64,000 nt of DNA. Source: Chryseobacterium indologenes (GTDB lineage Bacteria; Bacteroidota; Bacteroidia; Flavobacteriales; Weeksellaceae). The notes under the pieces were generated by a model that worked only from the letters and a program-made list of their open reading frames with translations, was not told the DNA's origin and did not search any database. Each line of letters begins with the position of its first letter. The first letter of the stretch is position 1. Below, piece after piece: positions 36,481 to 46,820 of this stretch. The DNA lies in the NCBI GenBank assembly GCA_002439165.1, contig DJTE01000011.1, positions 87,297-151,296 on the forward strand, in the 5' to 3' direction. The position numbers and the translations under genes are program-made.

Positions 36481-39294
36481 GTGTTTTACGATCATCAGCA
36501 GATAGAAAAAAAGTGGCAGAAATACTGGGAGGACAATCAGACTTACAAGACTTCCAATAACACAGACAAACCTAAATTTTATGTTCTCGATATGTTTCCG
36601 TATCCATCCGGAGCAGGACTTCACGTGGGGCACCCGCTGGGGTATATCGCATCAGATATTTATGCGAGATATAAAAGACATCAGGGGTTTAATGTACTCC
36701 ACCCGGTAGGTTATGACAGCTTTGGCCTCCCTGCAGAACAGTATGCAATTCAGACAGGACAGCATCCGGCTGTAACAACGGAGCAGAATATCAACCGCTA
36801 TGAAGAGCAGCTGAAAAAGATCGGTTTTTCATTCGACTGGAGCAGAGAGGTAAGAACTTCAGATTCCTCTTATTATAAATGGACCCAGTGGATTTTTATT
36901 CAGTTATATCATTCATGGTATAATAAAGATACAGATAAAGCAGAATCTATCGATACGCTGATCCGTCATTTTGAAGAAAAAGGAACAGAAGGTTTAAATG
37001 CCAATCAGAACGATGAACTGAGTTTCACCGCAGAAGAATGGAAGAATGCTTCCGGATTGGATAAAGAAGATATCCTTTTGAATTACCGTCTGGCATACAG
37101 AGCAGAGACTACCGTAAACTGGTGTCCCGCTTTGGGAACAGTGCTGGCTAATGATGAAGTAAAAGACGGAAAATCCGAAAGAGGAGGATTCCCGGTATTC
37201 CAGAAAAAAATGATGCAGTGGAGTATGAGAATTTCGGCTTACTCCGAAAGACTTTTACAGGGACTCAATACTTTAGACTGGCCGCAGCCGCTGAAAGATT
37301 CCCAGGAGTACTGGATCGGGAAATCTCAGGGAGCACAGGTGAAGTTTCAGGTTGAAGGCCATGATGAGATTGTTGAGGTATTCACCACAAGACCGGATAC
37401 CATTTTTGGAGCAACTTTTATGGTGCTGGCCCCTGAAAACCCTTTAGTGGAAACCATTACTACGGATGCACAGAAAGCCGAAGTAGATACTTATATAGAA
37501 GAAACTTCCAAAAAAACAGAGAGAGACAGAATGGCTGACGTGAAAAACGTAAGCGGTGCTTTCACGGGAAGTTATGCCGTCAATCCGTTCAGCGGAGAAA
37601 AAATGCCGGTTTACATTTCAGATTATGTGCTGATGGGCTATGGAACAGGAGCGGTAATGGCGGTTCCTGCTCACGATGAGCGTGATCACAGATTTGCAAA
37701 GAAATTTAATCTGGAAATTAAAAAAGTTGTAGAAACGGAAGAAGATGTCCGGGAAAAATCTTTCGACTCTAAAGATTCAGTTGGTGTAAACTCTGATTTC
37801 TTAAACGGTCTGAATTATAACGATGCCAAATCAAAAATAATTTCAGAAATTGAAAACCGGGGAATCGGTCACGGAACCACCAATTACAGACAGCGTGATG
37901 CGATCTTCTCAAGACAGCGTTACTGGGGAGAGCCGGTTCCTGTATATTATAAGGATGGAATGCCGTATACACTTCCCGTTTCTGCTTTACCGCTGGAACT
38001 TCCCGAAGTGGAAAAATATTTACCGACTGAAGACGGAGATCCGCCATTAGGAAATGCGAAAACATTTGCATGGGACGAAGCGAATCAGAAAGTAGTGGCC
38101 ACAGACCTTATTGATGACAAAACTGTTTTCCCGCTTGAATTGTCTACAATGCCGGGATGGGCAGGAAGCTCATGGTATTTCCTGAGATATATGGATCCGG
38201 ATGATCAGGAGACTTTCGTTAAAAAAGAATTAGCAGATTATTGGGGACAGGTAGATTTATATATCGGAGGAAGCGAACATGCAACCGGACACTTACTGTA
38301 CTCCCGTTTCTGGAATATGTTCTTAAAGGACAGAGGATATATCAGTCATGATGAACCTTTCCGTAAACTGATCAATCAGGGTATGATTTTGGGAATGAGT
38401 GCTTTTGTTTTCAGAATTGACGGAACCAGCCAGTATGTTTCTAAAAACCTGGCCGGAAATTACCAGACACAGAAGATCCACGTTGACGTATCCTTATTAA
38501 AAGGAACCTCTGATGAACTGGATACTGAAGCCTTCAAAGCCTGGAGACCGGATTATGCCAATGCAGAATTTATTCTGGAAGACGGAAAATACATCACGGA
38601 GCGTGAAGTGGAAAAAATGTCCAAGTCAAAATATAATGTCGTAAATCCTGATGATATCTGTAATGAATACGGAGCGGATGGTCTGAGACTTTATGAAATG
38701 TTCTTAGGACCATTGGAGCAGTCCAAGCCCTGGAACACACAGGGACTGAGCGGAGTTTACGGTTTCCTTAAAAAATTCTGGAACCTGTATTTCAACGGGG
38801 ATGTTTTCGAAGTTTCCGGCGAAGAACCTTCAAAGGCAGAATACAAAGTTTTACATACCTTGATAAAAAAGGTGGTGTATGATATAGAAAACTTCTCTTT
38901 CAATACTTCAGTATCTTCCTTTATGATCGCGGTGAACGAACTTCAGAAATTAAAATGCAACAAACGCAATATTTTGGAACCTCTTGCCGTTATCATCTCT
39001 CCATATGCTCCGCACATCTGTGAGGAACTGTGGAGTTTACTGGGGCATGATACTTCTGTTGAATTCGAGAAATTCCCTGTATTGAACGAGGATTATCTTG
39101 TTGAAGATGAAATAGAGTATCCTGTAAGTGTAAACGGTAAAATGAAATTCAAAATTTCACTTTCAGCTCAGTTATCTGCCGGGGAAGTGGAAGAATTGGT
39201 GATTGCAGACGAAAAAATGCAACAGATTTTAGATGGCAAAACCCCGAAAAAAATCATTGTTGTGCCTCACCGTATTGTGAATATCGTAATTTAA
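36481..39294 (+). CDS. leuS: leucine--tRNA ligase
   Basis: HVGHPLGY (HIGH) and KMSKSK motifs, 937 aa. Apparent GTG start (MFYDHQQIEKKWQKYW). Confidence 0.95.
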   Translation: MFYDHQQIEKKWQKYWEDNQTYKTSNNTDKPKFYVLDMFPYPSGAGLHVGHPLGYIASDIYARYKRHQGFNVLHPVGYDSFGLPAEQYAIQTGQHPAVTTEQNINRYEEQLKKIGFSFDWSREVRTSDSSYYKWTQWIFIQLYHSWYNKDTDKAESIDTLIRHFEEKGTEGLNANQNDELSFTAEEWKNASGLDKEDILLNYRLAYRAETTVNWCPALGTVLANDEVKDGKSERGGFPVFQKKMMQWSMRISAYSERLLQGLNTLDWPQPLKDSQEYWIGKSQGAQVKFQVEGHDEIVEVFTTRPDTIFGATFMVLAPENPLVETITTDAQKAEVDTYIEETSKKTERDRMADVKNVSGAFTGSYAVNPFSGEKMPVYISDYVLMGYGTGAVMAVPAHDERDHRFAKKFNLEIKKVVETEEDVREKSFDSKDSVGVNSDFLNGLNYNDAKSKIISEIENRGIGHGTTNYRQRDAIFSRQRYWGEPVPVYYKDGMPYTLPVSALPLELPEVEKYLPTEDGDPPLGNAKTFAWDEANQKVVATDLIDDKTVFPLELSTMPGWAGSSWYFLRYMDPDDQETFVKKELADYWGQVDLYIGGSEHATGHLLYSRFWNMFLKDRGYISHDEPFRKLINQGMILGMSAFVFRIDGTSQYVSKNLAGNYQTQKIHVDVSLLKGTSDELDTEAFKAWRPDYANAEFILEDGKYITEREVEKMSKSKYNVVNPDDICNEYGADGLRLYEMFLGPLEQSKPWNTQGLSGVYGFLKKFWNLYFNGDVFEVSGEEPSKAEYKVLHTLIKKVVYDIENFSFNTSVSSFMIAVNELQKLKCNKRNILEPLAVIISPYAPHICEELWSLLGHDTSVEFEKFPVLNEDYLVEDEIEYPVSVNGKMKFKISLSAQLSAGEVEELVIADEKMQQILDGKTPKKIIVVPHRIVNIVI

Positions 39295-39534
39295 AAAAAA
39301 ATTAACATTGGCAAATTAAAAAAAATGAGGGGCTTATTTTTTTAAATTTTTAACCCAAATGTTAAAATTGGGGAAAATAAATAAAATATTTAAAAATAAT
39401 TATTATATCGAAATCGTATTAAAATTTCTTTATCAAAAAAAAGCAAAATGTTTATTTAAGACTCTTGCATTTTAATTAATTTTGCCTTTAATTTACACCC
39501 TGTAAAATTTTAAAACAATATAATTTAGTTAAAT

Positions 39535-40398
39535 ATGGAAATGAATGTTTCAAAAAATGATGAGCAAGTAGTTGCTAGAAAAGCAGGAGGTTTAAATCCA
39601 GCTGTTATTATTCCTATTCTATTTGCTATAGGAGTATGTATTTATTTATTCGTTCTTGGAAGCCCAGGAAACTTTAAAGACGCAGATAAACTTGGAAGTG
39701 GATCTGTAGCTTTCTCAAGTGTTGAAGGAAAGGACATTCACCCAGAGTCGTTTTTAGGTATTATCTACAAAGGAGGGGTTATCGTACCAATCTTGATTAC
39801 TTTCATGATTACTGTAATTGTTTTCTCTTTTGAAAGATACTTCGTTCTTAGCAAAGCTGCTGGAAAAGGAAACTTAGACAACTTCGTAGTTCAGGTAAGA
39901 AGCTTACTGAACAAAAACAAAATCGATGAAGCTTTAGAAGAGTGCGACAGACAGCAGGGTTCTGTTGGTAACGTAGTGAAAGAAGGTCTTACTACTTACA
40001 AAGCACTTTCTCATGATACAACTTTAAATAAAGAGCAGAAAATGGTAGCTCTTAACAAAGCTATCGAAGAAGCTACTACTCTTGAGATGCCAATGCTTGA
40101 GAAAAACATGATGATCCTTTCTACTTTAGGTACTGTTGCAACGCTTGTAGCACTTCTTGGAACGGTAATCGGGATGATCAAGGCATTCTTCGCATTAGGT
40201 TCAGGTGGTGGTACTCCAGATGCTGCTGCACTTTCAACAGGTATCTCCGAAGCATTGATCAACACTGCTTTAGGTATTGGTACTTCAGCAATCGCTATTA
40301 TCCTTTACAACTTCTTTACTTCTAAAATTGACGGACTGACTTATAAGATCGACGAGATCGCTATGAGCATCCAGCAGTCTTTCGCTGAATTCAACTAA
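39535..40398 (+). CDS. exbB: MotA/TolQ/ExbB proton-channel protein
   Basis: C-terminal LSTGISEALINTALGIGTSAIAIILYNFF motif; first gene of the exbB-exbD-exbD-tonB array. Confidence 0.85.
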   Translation: MEMNVSKNDEQVVARKAGGLNPAVIIPILFAIGVCIYLFVLGSPGNFKDADKLGSGSVAFSSVEGKDIHPESFLGIIYKGGVIVPILITFMITVIVFSFERYFVLSKAAGKGNLDNFVVQVRSLLNKNKIDEALEECDRQQGSVGNVVKEGLTTYKALSHDTTLNKEQKMVALNKAIEEATTLEMPMLEKNMMILSTLGTVATLVALLGTVIGMIKAFFALGSGGGTPDAAALSTGISEALINTALGIGTSAIAIILYNFFTSKIDGLTYKIDEIAMSIQQSFAEFN

Positions 40399-40457
40399 GA
40401 ATTAGCAAGGATTTTGCAGTAAGTAAAAAGAAGTTTAATTAAAAATCATTCATAATA

Positions 40458-41060
40458 ATGGCGAGAGTCAAACCAAAAAGACACGGAGTAATTACGGACA
40501 TGACGGCAATGTGTGACGTTGCGTTCCTGCTACTTACGTTCTTTATATTGACCACTCAGTTTAAAAAACCTGACGTGGAGCAGATTAAACCGCCATCTTC
40601 AATATCGGAAAAACTTCTTCCTGATGCCAGTCTAATGACTATCAATGCTACTCCGGACGGAAAATTCTATTTCCAGCCAGTAGAAAATGCATCAGAAAGA
40701 TTAGCCCTTTTGGAAAAAATGGGAGAAAAGTATCACATGACTTTTGATACCAAACAAAAAGTGGCTTTCCAGAAAGTACAGGCGATCGGGGTTCCTATGA
40801 ACCAGCTGAAAGGCTACCTGGATATGTCTGAAGATGAGCAGAAAAATTATAAGAGTCCTACCGGGATTCCGATGGATAGTACAAATAAGCAGTTAATCGA
40901 CTGGGTACAGCAGAGTTTAAGCGTTAATCCTGAATACAAATTAGCTATTAAAGGTGACGTTACTACTGAATACCCTAAAGTTAAAAGCCTGTTTGAGGGT
41001 TTGAGAGATATTGATTTTCTTAAATTTTGGTTGATTACATCACAGGAAGGAAAACCGTAA
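40458..41060 (+). CDS. exbD: ExbD/TolR-family protein
   Basis: N-terminal TDMTAMCDVAFLLLTFFILTT TM segment. Confidence 0.8.
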   Translation: MARVKPKRHGVITDMTAMCDVAFLLLTFFILTTQFKKPDVEQIKPPSSISEKLLPDASLMTINATPDGKFYFQPVENASERLALLEKMGEKYHMTFDTKQKVAFQKVQAIGVPMNQLKGYLDMSEDEQKNYKSPTGIPMDSTNKQLIDWVQQSLSVNPEYKLAIKGDVTTEYPKVKSLFEGLRDIDFLKFWLITSQEGKP

Positions 41061-41070
41061 ATCATTAGAA

Positions 41071-41637
41071 ATGGCAGAAGTACAAGTACAGGATAAGGGC
41101 GCCAAAGGCGGCAAGGTACGTTCCAAGAAACAGAGTACCAGAGTTGATATGACTCCGATGGTGGACTTGGGTTTTCTATTGATTACCTTCTTTATGTTCA
41201 CAACTACATTTAGCAAACCGAACGTTATGGATTTGGGTCTTCCGGCAAAACCGAAAGATGATACTAAAAAACCACCTCCAACAGAAATTAAACTTTCGAA
41301 CTCTATCTCTATATTATTAGGTAAAGACAACAAAGTGTTCTGGCACCAGCAGGATAATACTTCCCTGACTGATCAGAATCTTAACGAAACTACCTTAGAC
41401 AGAGAAGGAATCAGAAAAGTTATTGAGCAGGCAAAAGCAAGAGCGGCAGATCAAACCAAATTTACGGTGATCATTAAGCCGACTGACGATGCTGTATATA
41501 AAAACTTCGTGGATATTCTTGATGAAATGGCCATTACCAAAAGCGAACAGTACGGGGTAACCGATCTGAAGCCGTGGGAGAAAGCTATTTACGAGAAAAA
41601 AATAGGAGGTGCCTCTGCACCGGCTGCCACAAAGTAA
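41071..41637 (+). CDS. exbD: ExbD/TolR-family protein
   Basis: RVDMTPMVDLGFLLITFFMFTT; paralogue of 21119..21637. Confidence 0.85.
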   Translation: MAEVQVQDKGAKGGKVRSKKQSTRVDMTPMVDLGFLLITFFMFTTTFSKPNVMDLGLPAKPKDDTKKPPPTEIKLSNSISILLGKDNKVFWHQQDNTSLTDQNLNETTLDREGIRKVIEQAKARAADQTKFTVIIKPTDDAVYKNFVDILDEMAITKSEQYGVTDLKPWEKAIYEKKIGGASAPAATK

Positions 41638-41660
41638 TTTAACCATAAAATTGTATATCT

Positions 41661-42503
41661 ATGGCAGATGAAAATGTATACGGTCAGAATCTTACCCTAG
41701 ACGAAATCGTATTTGAAAATAGAAACAAGGAATATGGTGCCTATGATCTTAGACATCAGTATCCTAAACTTTTGACAAAATCTTTTATCATAGGAACCGC
41801 ATTGTTCCTGCTTATGGCTTTGTCTCCGTTCATCTATCTTACGATTAAAAATCTTACAGCTCCGCCTAAACAGGAAGTGAAGGCAGATCTATTAAATATT
41901 ATCGAAGAAGATCCGATTATCGAGCAGCCTAAAGAAGAAGAACCACCTCCACCACCTCCACCTCCGAAAGAGGAAGAGAAAATTGAGGTTATTCAGAACG
42001 TTGTTCCTGAGCCTGTAAAAGCTCCGAAGATTGAAACACCACCTCCACCGATTTCCAGACAGTTGGAAACAACAACCGGTTTACAGAATCAGGAAGGGGT
42101 GAAAGCTCCGGCTTATACGCCACCGCCACCACCACCATCTACCGGTACTAAAGCAAGTACCGCAGAGGTGAAAACAAATAACCCTAACGAGATCTACAAA
42201 GATGTAGACCAGTCTGCAGAATATCCTGGAGGTATGGGAGCATTGAGAAAGTTCCTGGGGGAAAACTTTGATACTTCCTTAATGGAAGGAGGTGAAGGTA
42301 CACTTAAAGCCAAGCTTAAATTCGTTGTAGAAAAAGACGGAACTGTTTCCGGAGTTACTATTGAAGAGAAATCTCCAAATGGCGACTTCAACAATGAAGC
42401 GATCCGCGTAGTTAAGAAACTGAAAAAATGGACTCCTGCGAAAAGAAACGGGGAGAGCGTTCGTTCTTACTATAGCGTTCCGTTTACAATGAACTTTGAA
42501 TAG
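41661..42503 (+). CDS. tonB: energy transducer TonB
   Basis: TM anchor, proline-rich spacer (EEPPPPPPPPKEEE, PPPPPPS), and a C-terminal TonB domain (AEYPGGMGALRKFL...SYYSVPFTMNF). Confidence 0.85.
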   Translation: MADENVYGQNLTLDEIVFENRNKEYGAYDLRHQYPKLLTKSFIIGTALFLLMALSPFIYLTIKNLTAPPKQEVKADLLNIIEEDPIIEQPKEEEPPPPPPPPKEEEKIEVIQNVVPEPVKAPKIETPPPPISRQLETTTGLQNQEGVKAPAYTPPPPPPSTGTKASTAEVKTNNPNEIYKDVDQSAEYPGGMGALRKFLGENFDTSLMEGGEGTLKAKLKFVVEKDGTVSGVTIEEKSPNGDFNNEAIRVVKKLKKWTPAKRNGESVRSYYSVPFTMNFE

Positions 42504-42530
42504 TAATTCTTATTCAACTTATAAAAGAAA

Positions 42531-42567
42531 AAGAGAGGCATATGCTTCTCTTTTTTATTTTTTTTGG
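42531..42567 (+). terminator. rho-independent terminator after tonB
   Basis: Stem AGAGAG/CTTCTCT around a GCATATG loop, followed by a long T-run. Confidence 0.6.
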
Positions 42568-42579
42568 TATTTTTGTTAC

Positions 42580-42777
42580 ATGATGTTCAATTGGTTATCC
42601 TTAATTACAGGATTGTTTTATATCGTATTGGGAGGTGTAGTTATTGTCTACAAATTTTTCTTTACGATTCTTGAGCCTGCCGTTGCTTATGCATTGGGTG
42701 CAGTGCTTATTCTTTATGGTATTTTTAGAATCTATAGAGCACTGGGAAAAATTAAAAATTCAGGAAATGAAGAATAG
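42580..42777 (+). CDS. small two-TM membrane protein
   Basis: MMFNWLSLITGLFYIVLGGVVIVYKFFFTILEPAVAYALGAVLILYGIFRIYRAL. The ATG at 42580 lies after the tonB terminator, and the 3' end overlaps the next gene by 11 nt. Confidence 0.5.
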   Translation: MMFNWLSLITGLFYIVLGGVVIVYKFFFTILEPAVAYALGAVLILYGIFRIYRALGKIKNSGNEE

Positions 42778-43639
42778 TTTTAAAGCATTGTTACTCGGTG
42801 CTTTAAGTATCATCGCTGTAAGCTGTAAAAAAGAAGATAAATCTCCGTCTTACCATAAAGGAGACCTTACCATTCTTGCGGATGAATCCTTCAAAAGTGT
42901 TACTGAAGCACTGGCTGGGGGATATATGATCAACTATCCGGATACCCGCATCAAAGTGGTTACCAAAAAAGAAGATCTGGGTTTTATGGACCTTCTTAAT
43001 GATAAAGCCAGGATTGCTGTCATGTCCAGAGATCTTAGTCCTGAAGAAAAGAAAGCTTATGAAGAGCAGGTAGACCTGAAGTTTCTTCCCGCTAAATTTG
43101 CAGCAGATGCCGTCATTTTTGTAGTCCCTAAAGATTCCCCTAAAGAAAAGATCTCTATGGACGAAATTAAAAACGGGCTGGAATCTGATGAAAAAAACTT
43201 TATTTTTGACGGAACCAATTCAAGTAACCTAAACTTTGTCGCTCAGAAATTAAAAAAACAGCCTAAAGACCTTAAATTTTCCATTATACCGGGGAATCAG
43301 AACATTATTGAAGAACTCGGGAAATATCCCGGAAAAATAGGCGTTATAGGACTTAATACATTTAGCCGTCCTTATGATAAGACCTCTCAGAGGCTGAGAG
43401 AAATGGTGAAAGTGCTTCCTGTGGAAGACGGAGGAAAGCTGTATACAGCTGATTCTGATGGAATGCGTGAAATGAAATATCCGTTCACACGTGTTCTGTA
43501 TTTTTTAACCAACGAAGGAAACTTTAATATCGCCAACGGCTTTATCAGGTATTCATGTACCCAGCTGGGACAGATGATTGTGGAAAAGGAAGGACTGCAG
43601 CCTTATAACCTTTATAAAAGAGAGGTACAAATGCGTTAA
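42767..43639 (+). CDS. PstS-family (phosphate-binding-like) periplasmic substrate-binding lipoprotein
   Basis: Lipobox IAVSCKK at the internal ATG 42767 (track start 42644 is rejected). The type-2 periplasmic binding fold sequence resembles PstS-like proteins. Confidence 0.6.
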   Translation: MKNSFKALLLGALSIIAVSCKKEDKSPSYHKGDLTILADESFKSVTEALAGGYMINYPDTRIKVVTKKEDLGFMDLLNDKARIAVMSRDLSPEEKKAYEEQVDLKFLPAKFAADAVIFVVPKDSPKEKISMDEIKNGLESDEKNFIFDGTNSSNLNFVAQKLKKQPKDLKFSIIPGNQNIIEELGKYPGKIGVIGLNTFSRPYDKTSQRLREMVKVLPVEDGGKLYTADSDGMREMKYPFTRVLYFLTNEGNFNIANGFIRYSCTQLGQMIVEKEGLQPYNLYKREVQMR

Positions 43640-43729
43640 AAAAATAAAAATGATATTTTACCCTTCAGAAAAACAGTATTTTGGTCTGAAAATTGTGTAG
43701 AATATAACTCAAGTACAGAAAAATATAAA

Positions 43730-45379
43730 ATGAAAGATATAATGATTATGAATGTAAAAAAGATTGCTTTTGGAGCAGCCGTAGTATTTTTTGCCGGTTT
43801 CACTTCTGCACAGACGCTGCAGGACGGTATTAACAGCATAGATAGTGATAAATTTGCACAGGCTAAGACTAATTTCACAGATATGATCGCTAAAGAGCCA
43901 AGCGCTGCAAATTATTTCTATTTAGGAAATACGTATCTGAAACAGGGAGAACCTGATTATGCCAAAGCAATCGAAAGTTTCAACAAAGGTCTGGCTGCAG
44001 ACGGTAAAAGCTTTTTAAATAAAATAGGACTGGCTACCGTAAAACTGGGTAAAGGTGATAAATCTGCCATCGCTGAAATTCAGAAAATTGTAGCTGATTC
44101 TAAAGAAAAAGATCCTGAAGTACTGTTCAGAGCTGCTGAAGCGTTAACTTTATTTGAGAAAAACAGTGCCCCGGATGCGGCAATTCAATATCTTACAAAA
44201 GCCATTGAAAAAGCTGAAAAGAAAGGAGTACCTGCTCATTTCTATTACACTCTCGGGGATGCTTACAGATTGAAAAGAATGCCTGGTGATGCAATGTCTG
44301 CCTATGATAAAGCACTTCCTTTAGCTAAAAATAAAGCGTCCGTATACACAAGAATGGCAACTTTATGGATGGCTGCACAACAGTGGCAGCAGGCTAAACA
44401 AAATATTGACAAAGCTATCAGTGTAGATGCTACTTACGCGCCGGCTTATAAAGCCCTGGCATCTTATGATATCAGATACCAGCAGAATGCAAAAGCTACC
44501 CAGGACCTTATCAACTATACAAAATATGCTGACGAAGATCCGTATACCCAGCTGGAAATTTCTAAATTATACTTCACCAACGAAGATTACGCGAACTCTA
44601 AAACGGTATTGGATAAGATCTTTGATAAAATCGATGACCCTATTAAATTTAAGCTGAGAGCATATCAGTCTTATGCAGACGGAAATTATGCGGAAGCCAA
44701 ACAAAATATGGATACTTTCGTTTCTCAGGCAGAGAAAACAAGAATCCAGCCCGCAGATCAGGGACTTCAGGGACTTATCGCAGCAGGTTTAGCTAAAACA
44801 GAAACCGATGCAGCCAAGAAAACTGCTTTAATGAACGAAGCACAGCAGAAAATTGCTATTGCTAAAGGAGCGAAAGATGAAACAATGAAGTGGGATGTGG
44901 AAATGGCGAATATTGCCGGTGGAGGAGCTTCCCAGGCTGAAGCGGATAAAGGCCCTACTACTCCTGAAATTGAAGCGCTTAAGAAAAAAGTGATCGAAAA
45001 TTCACAGGATTCCGATTCATTATTTAAATTAGCGACTGCTTATCAGGATGTTAAAAACTGGAACGGGGCTGTTCTTACATGGCAGAAAATGATTGCTCTT
45101 CTTCCTGAATGGGCTCCGGCTTATTACAGTCAGGGATATTCTTATCAGCAGGCAGGAAACAACGACGCAGCAAAGCTGGCTTATGAAAAGTTCATCAGTA
45201 TAGTGAAGCCGGCAGATAGAGAAGCCAACAAGCAGACGCTTGCCTATGCCTATTTTGCCGTAGCTTATATGGTGAAAGATTCTGATGTGGCAAAAGCAAA
45301 AGATTATGTTGCCAAGTCTTTACAGCTTGATCCGAGTTATCAGGATGCAGTAAAACTAAATGCAGAAATCAATAAGTAA
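43730..45379 (+). CDS. tetratricopeptide-repeat protein (secreted)
   Basis: Signal peptide ...AVVFFAGFTSAQ and multiple TPR units (YFYLGNTYLKQGEPDYAKAIESFNKGL etc.). Alternative start at 43748. Confidence 0.8.
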   Translation: MKDIMIMNVKKIAFGAAVVFFAGFTSAQTLQDGINSIDSDKFAQAKTNFTDMIAKEPSAANYFYLGNTYLKQGEPDYAKAIESFNKGLAADGKSFLNKIGLATVKLGKGDKSAIAEIQKIVADSKEKDPEVLFRAAEALTLFEKNSAPDAAIQYLTKAIEKAEKKGVPAHFYYTLGDAYRLKRMPGDAMSAYDKALPLAKNKASVYTRMATLWMAAQQWQQAKQNIDKAISVDATYAPAYKALASYDIRYQQNAKATQDLINYTKYADEDPYTQLEISKLYFTNEDYANSKTVLDKIFDKIDDPIKFKLRAYQSYADGNYAEAKQNMDTFVSQAEKTRIQPADQGLQGLIAAGLAKTETDAAKKTALMNEAQQKIAIAKGAKDETMKWDVEMANIAGGGASQAEADKGPTTPEIEALKKKVIENSQDSDSLFKLATAYQDVKNWNGAVLTWQKMIALLPEWAPAYYSQGYSYQQAGNNDAAKLAYEKFISIVKPADREANKQTLAYAYFAVAYMVKDSDVAKAKDYVAKSLQLDPSYQDAVKLNAEINK

Positions 45380-45403
45380 TTTAAAATTTAAATTATAGAT
45401 ATT

Positions 45404-45440
45404 AAAACTTCCCATTCCTAATGTTTGGGAAGTTTTTATT
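45404..45440 (+). terminator. rho-independent terminator after the TPR gene
   Basis: Stem AACTTCCC/GGGAAGTT followed by a T-run. Confidence 0.65.
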
Positions 45441-45461
45441 TTAAAGCTTATCTTTGAAAGT

Positions 45462-46181
45462 ATGAAAACAGATATACTTGCTTTTGGAGCACATCCTGAT
45501 GATGTGGAACTGGGATGCGGCGGTACTATTGCCAAAATGATTTCGGAAGGAAAAACATGCGTAATCGTAGATCTTACCAAAGGAGAACTCGGAACAAGAG
45601 GAACCGATGAAACAAGAAAAGAGGAAGCCACAGAAGCGGCCAAAATATTGGGCGTCTCTGCAAGGGAGAATCTTGGAATGAAGGACGGCTTTTTGACCAA
45701 CTCTGAGGAATATCAGATGAAGATCGTAAAAATGATCCGCAGATACAGGCCGGAAATCGTCTTGGCCAATGCAATTGATGACAGACATCCGGACCATGCA
45801 AAAGGAGCGAAATTAGTGTCGGATGCGTGCTTTTTATCCGGACTGAGAAAAATTGAAACTGTAATGGACGGAGAAAACCAGGAAGTCTGGAGACCCAAGC
45901 ATATTTTTCATTACATTCAGTGGAAAGATATAAAGCCGGAGTTCGTTATCGACATCTCCGAACATCTGGATAAAAAAATTGCAGCCTGTATGGCTTTCAA
46001 AACCCAGTTTTATGATCCTGCTTCTAAAGAACCTGTTACTCCAATTGCCACAAAAGACTTTTTTGAGAGTCTGACTTACCGTGCCCAGGATTTGGGACGA
46101 TTATCCGGAGTTGCTTATGCTGAGGGCTTTACGACAGAAAAATTAATTGCTTTGAAAAATTTTGATGGAATTGTTTTGTAA
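45462..46181 (+). CDS. bshB1: bacillithiol biosynthesis deacetylase BshB1 (PIG-L/LmbE family)
   Basis: DILAFGAHPDDVELGCGGTIAKM...DLTKGELGTRG... and HPDH motifs. Confidence 0.8.
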   Translation: MKTDILAFGAHPDDVELGCGGTIAKMISEGKTCVIVDLTKGELGTRGTDETRKEEATEAAKILGVSARENLGMKDGFLTNSEEYQMKIVKMIRRYRPEIVLANAIDDRHPDHAKGAKLVSDACFLSGLRKIETVMDGENQEVWRPKHIFHYIQWKDIKPEFVIDISEHLDKKIAACMAFKTQFYDPASKEPVTPIATKDFFESLTYRAQDLGRLSGVAYAEGFTTEKLIALKNFDGIVL

Positions 46182-46204
46182 TTAAAAAATCTTTCCTATA
46201 TTTG
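46176..46204 (+). promoter_or_regulatory. Bacteroidota-type promoter for tRNA-His (TTG-N18-TATATTTG)
   Basis: TTG at 46176-46178 and an exact TAnnTTTG at 46197-46204, ending 12 nt upstream of the tRNA 5' end. Confidence 0.5.
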
Positions 46205-46216
46205 CACTCACAAAAC

Positions 46217-46291
<75 letters not shown>

Positions 46292-46295
46292 CAAG

Positions 46296-46326
46296 AAAAG
46301 TACACTTTTAGAGTGTACTTTTTTTA
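46296..46326 (+). repeat. hairpin element copy 1 (AAAAGTACAC-loop-GTGTACTTTT); also the tRNA-His terminator
   Basis: 10-bp perfect stem followed by a T-run. The same stem sequence recurs at 49163, 50587 and 58521. Confidence 0.8.
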
Positions 46327-46820
46327 TTTCTATATGCTCGCCAAAACTATTTTACGGTGTTGATTATTTGTTTGGTAATCCATAAGAAAAGCATATTTTT
46401 GCAGCCGTCATAGATTATTATGATAACCGTTGTCTCTAAAAACTAAAACCTGAATTTGAAAACCATGATACCATGAAACTACCACCTGAATTTTATTCTG
46501 TTAATTTATCAGTACTTATTGTTCCTGCAATTTAGAATCAAAACATTCCTCAGAAAAGATACAAGCTGTATAATCATTTTATTTATTTCAGTAATCACCT
46601 ATAAAATGTCTGTGCTAAAGTAGCCGCAGGTGTTCTGTCGGTAATGATACAGTATGCCGTTTAAAAAGACATTTGCCAGTCAAAGTGTGATAAAGCCTGT
46701 ATTTTTTCGTGAATTAATTTGATTTTGGAAAGCCTGCATTTCATATGGAGTTCAGAAACCATTCAAACGAAGCGGAACCGAAAAGCTAAACGAGTAGGAG
46801 AAATATTACGAAACTTAAAC

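Noticed and set aside
42644-42766. N-terminal extension of the PstS-like ORF. The track start 42496 of the small membrane protein is treated the same way.
   Set aside because: The lipoprotein signal peptide begins at ATG 42767. The region upstream of 42580 contains the tonB terminator.
46294-46820. An integrase, transposase or other mobility gene expected next to tRNA-His.
   Set aside because: I read all frames of the 520-nt spacer and the other spacers of 46.3-61.3 kb and found no recombinase-like ORF or fragment. The region is therefore described as a variable or cassette region, not as a mobile element.
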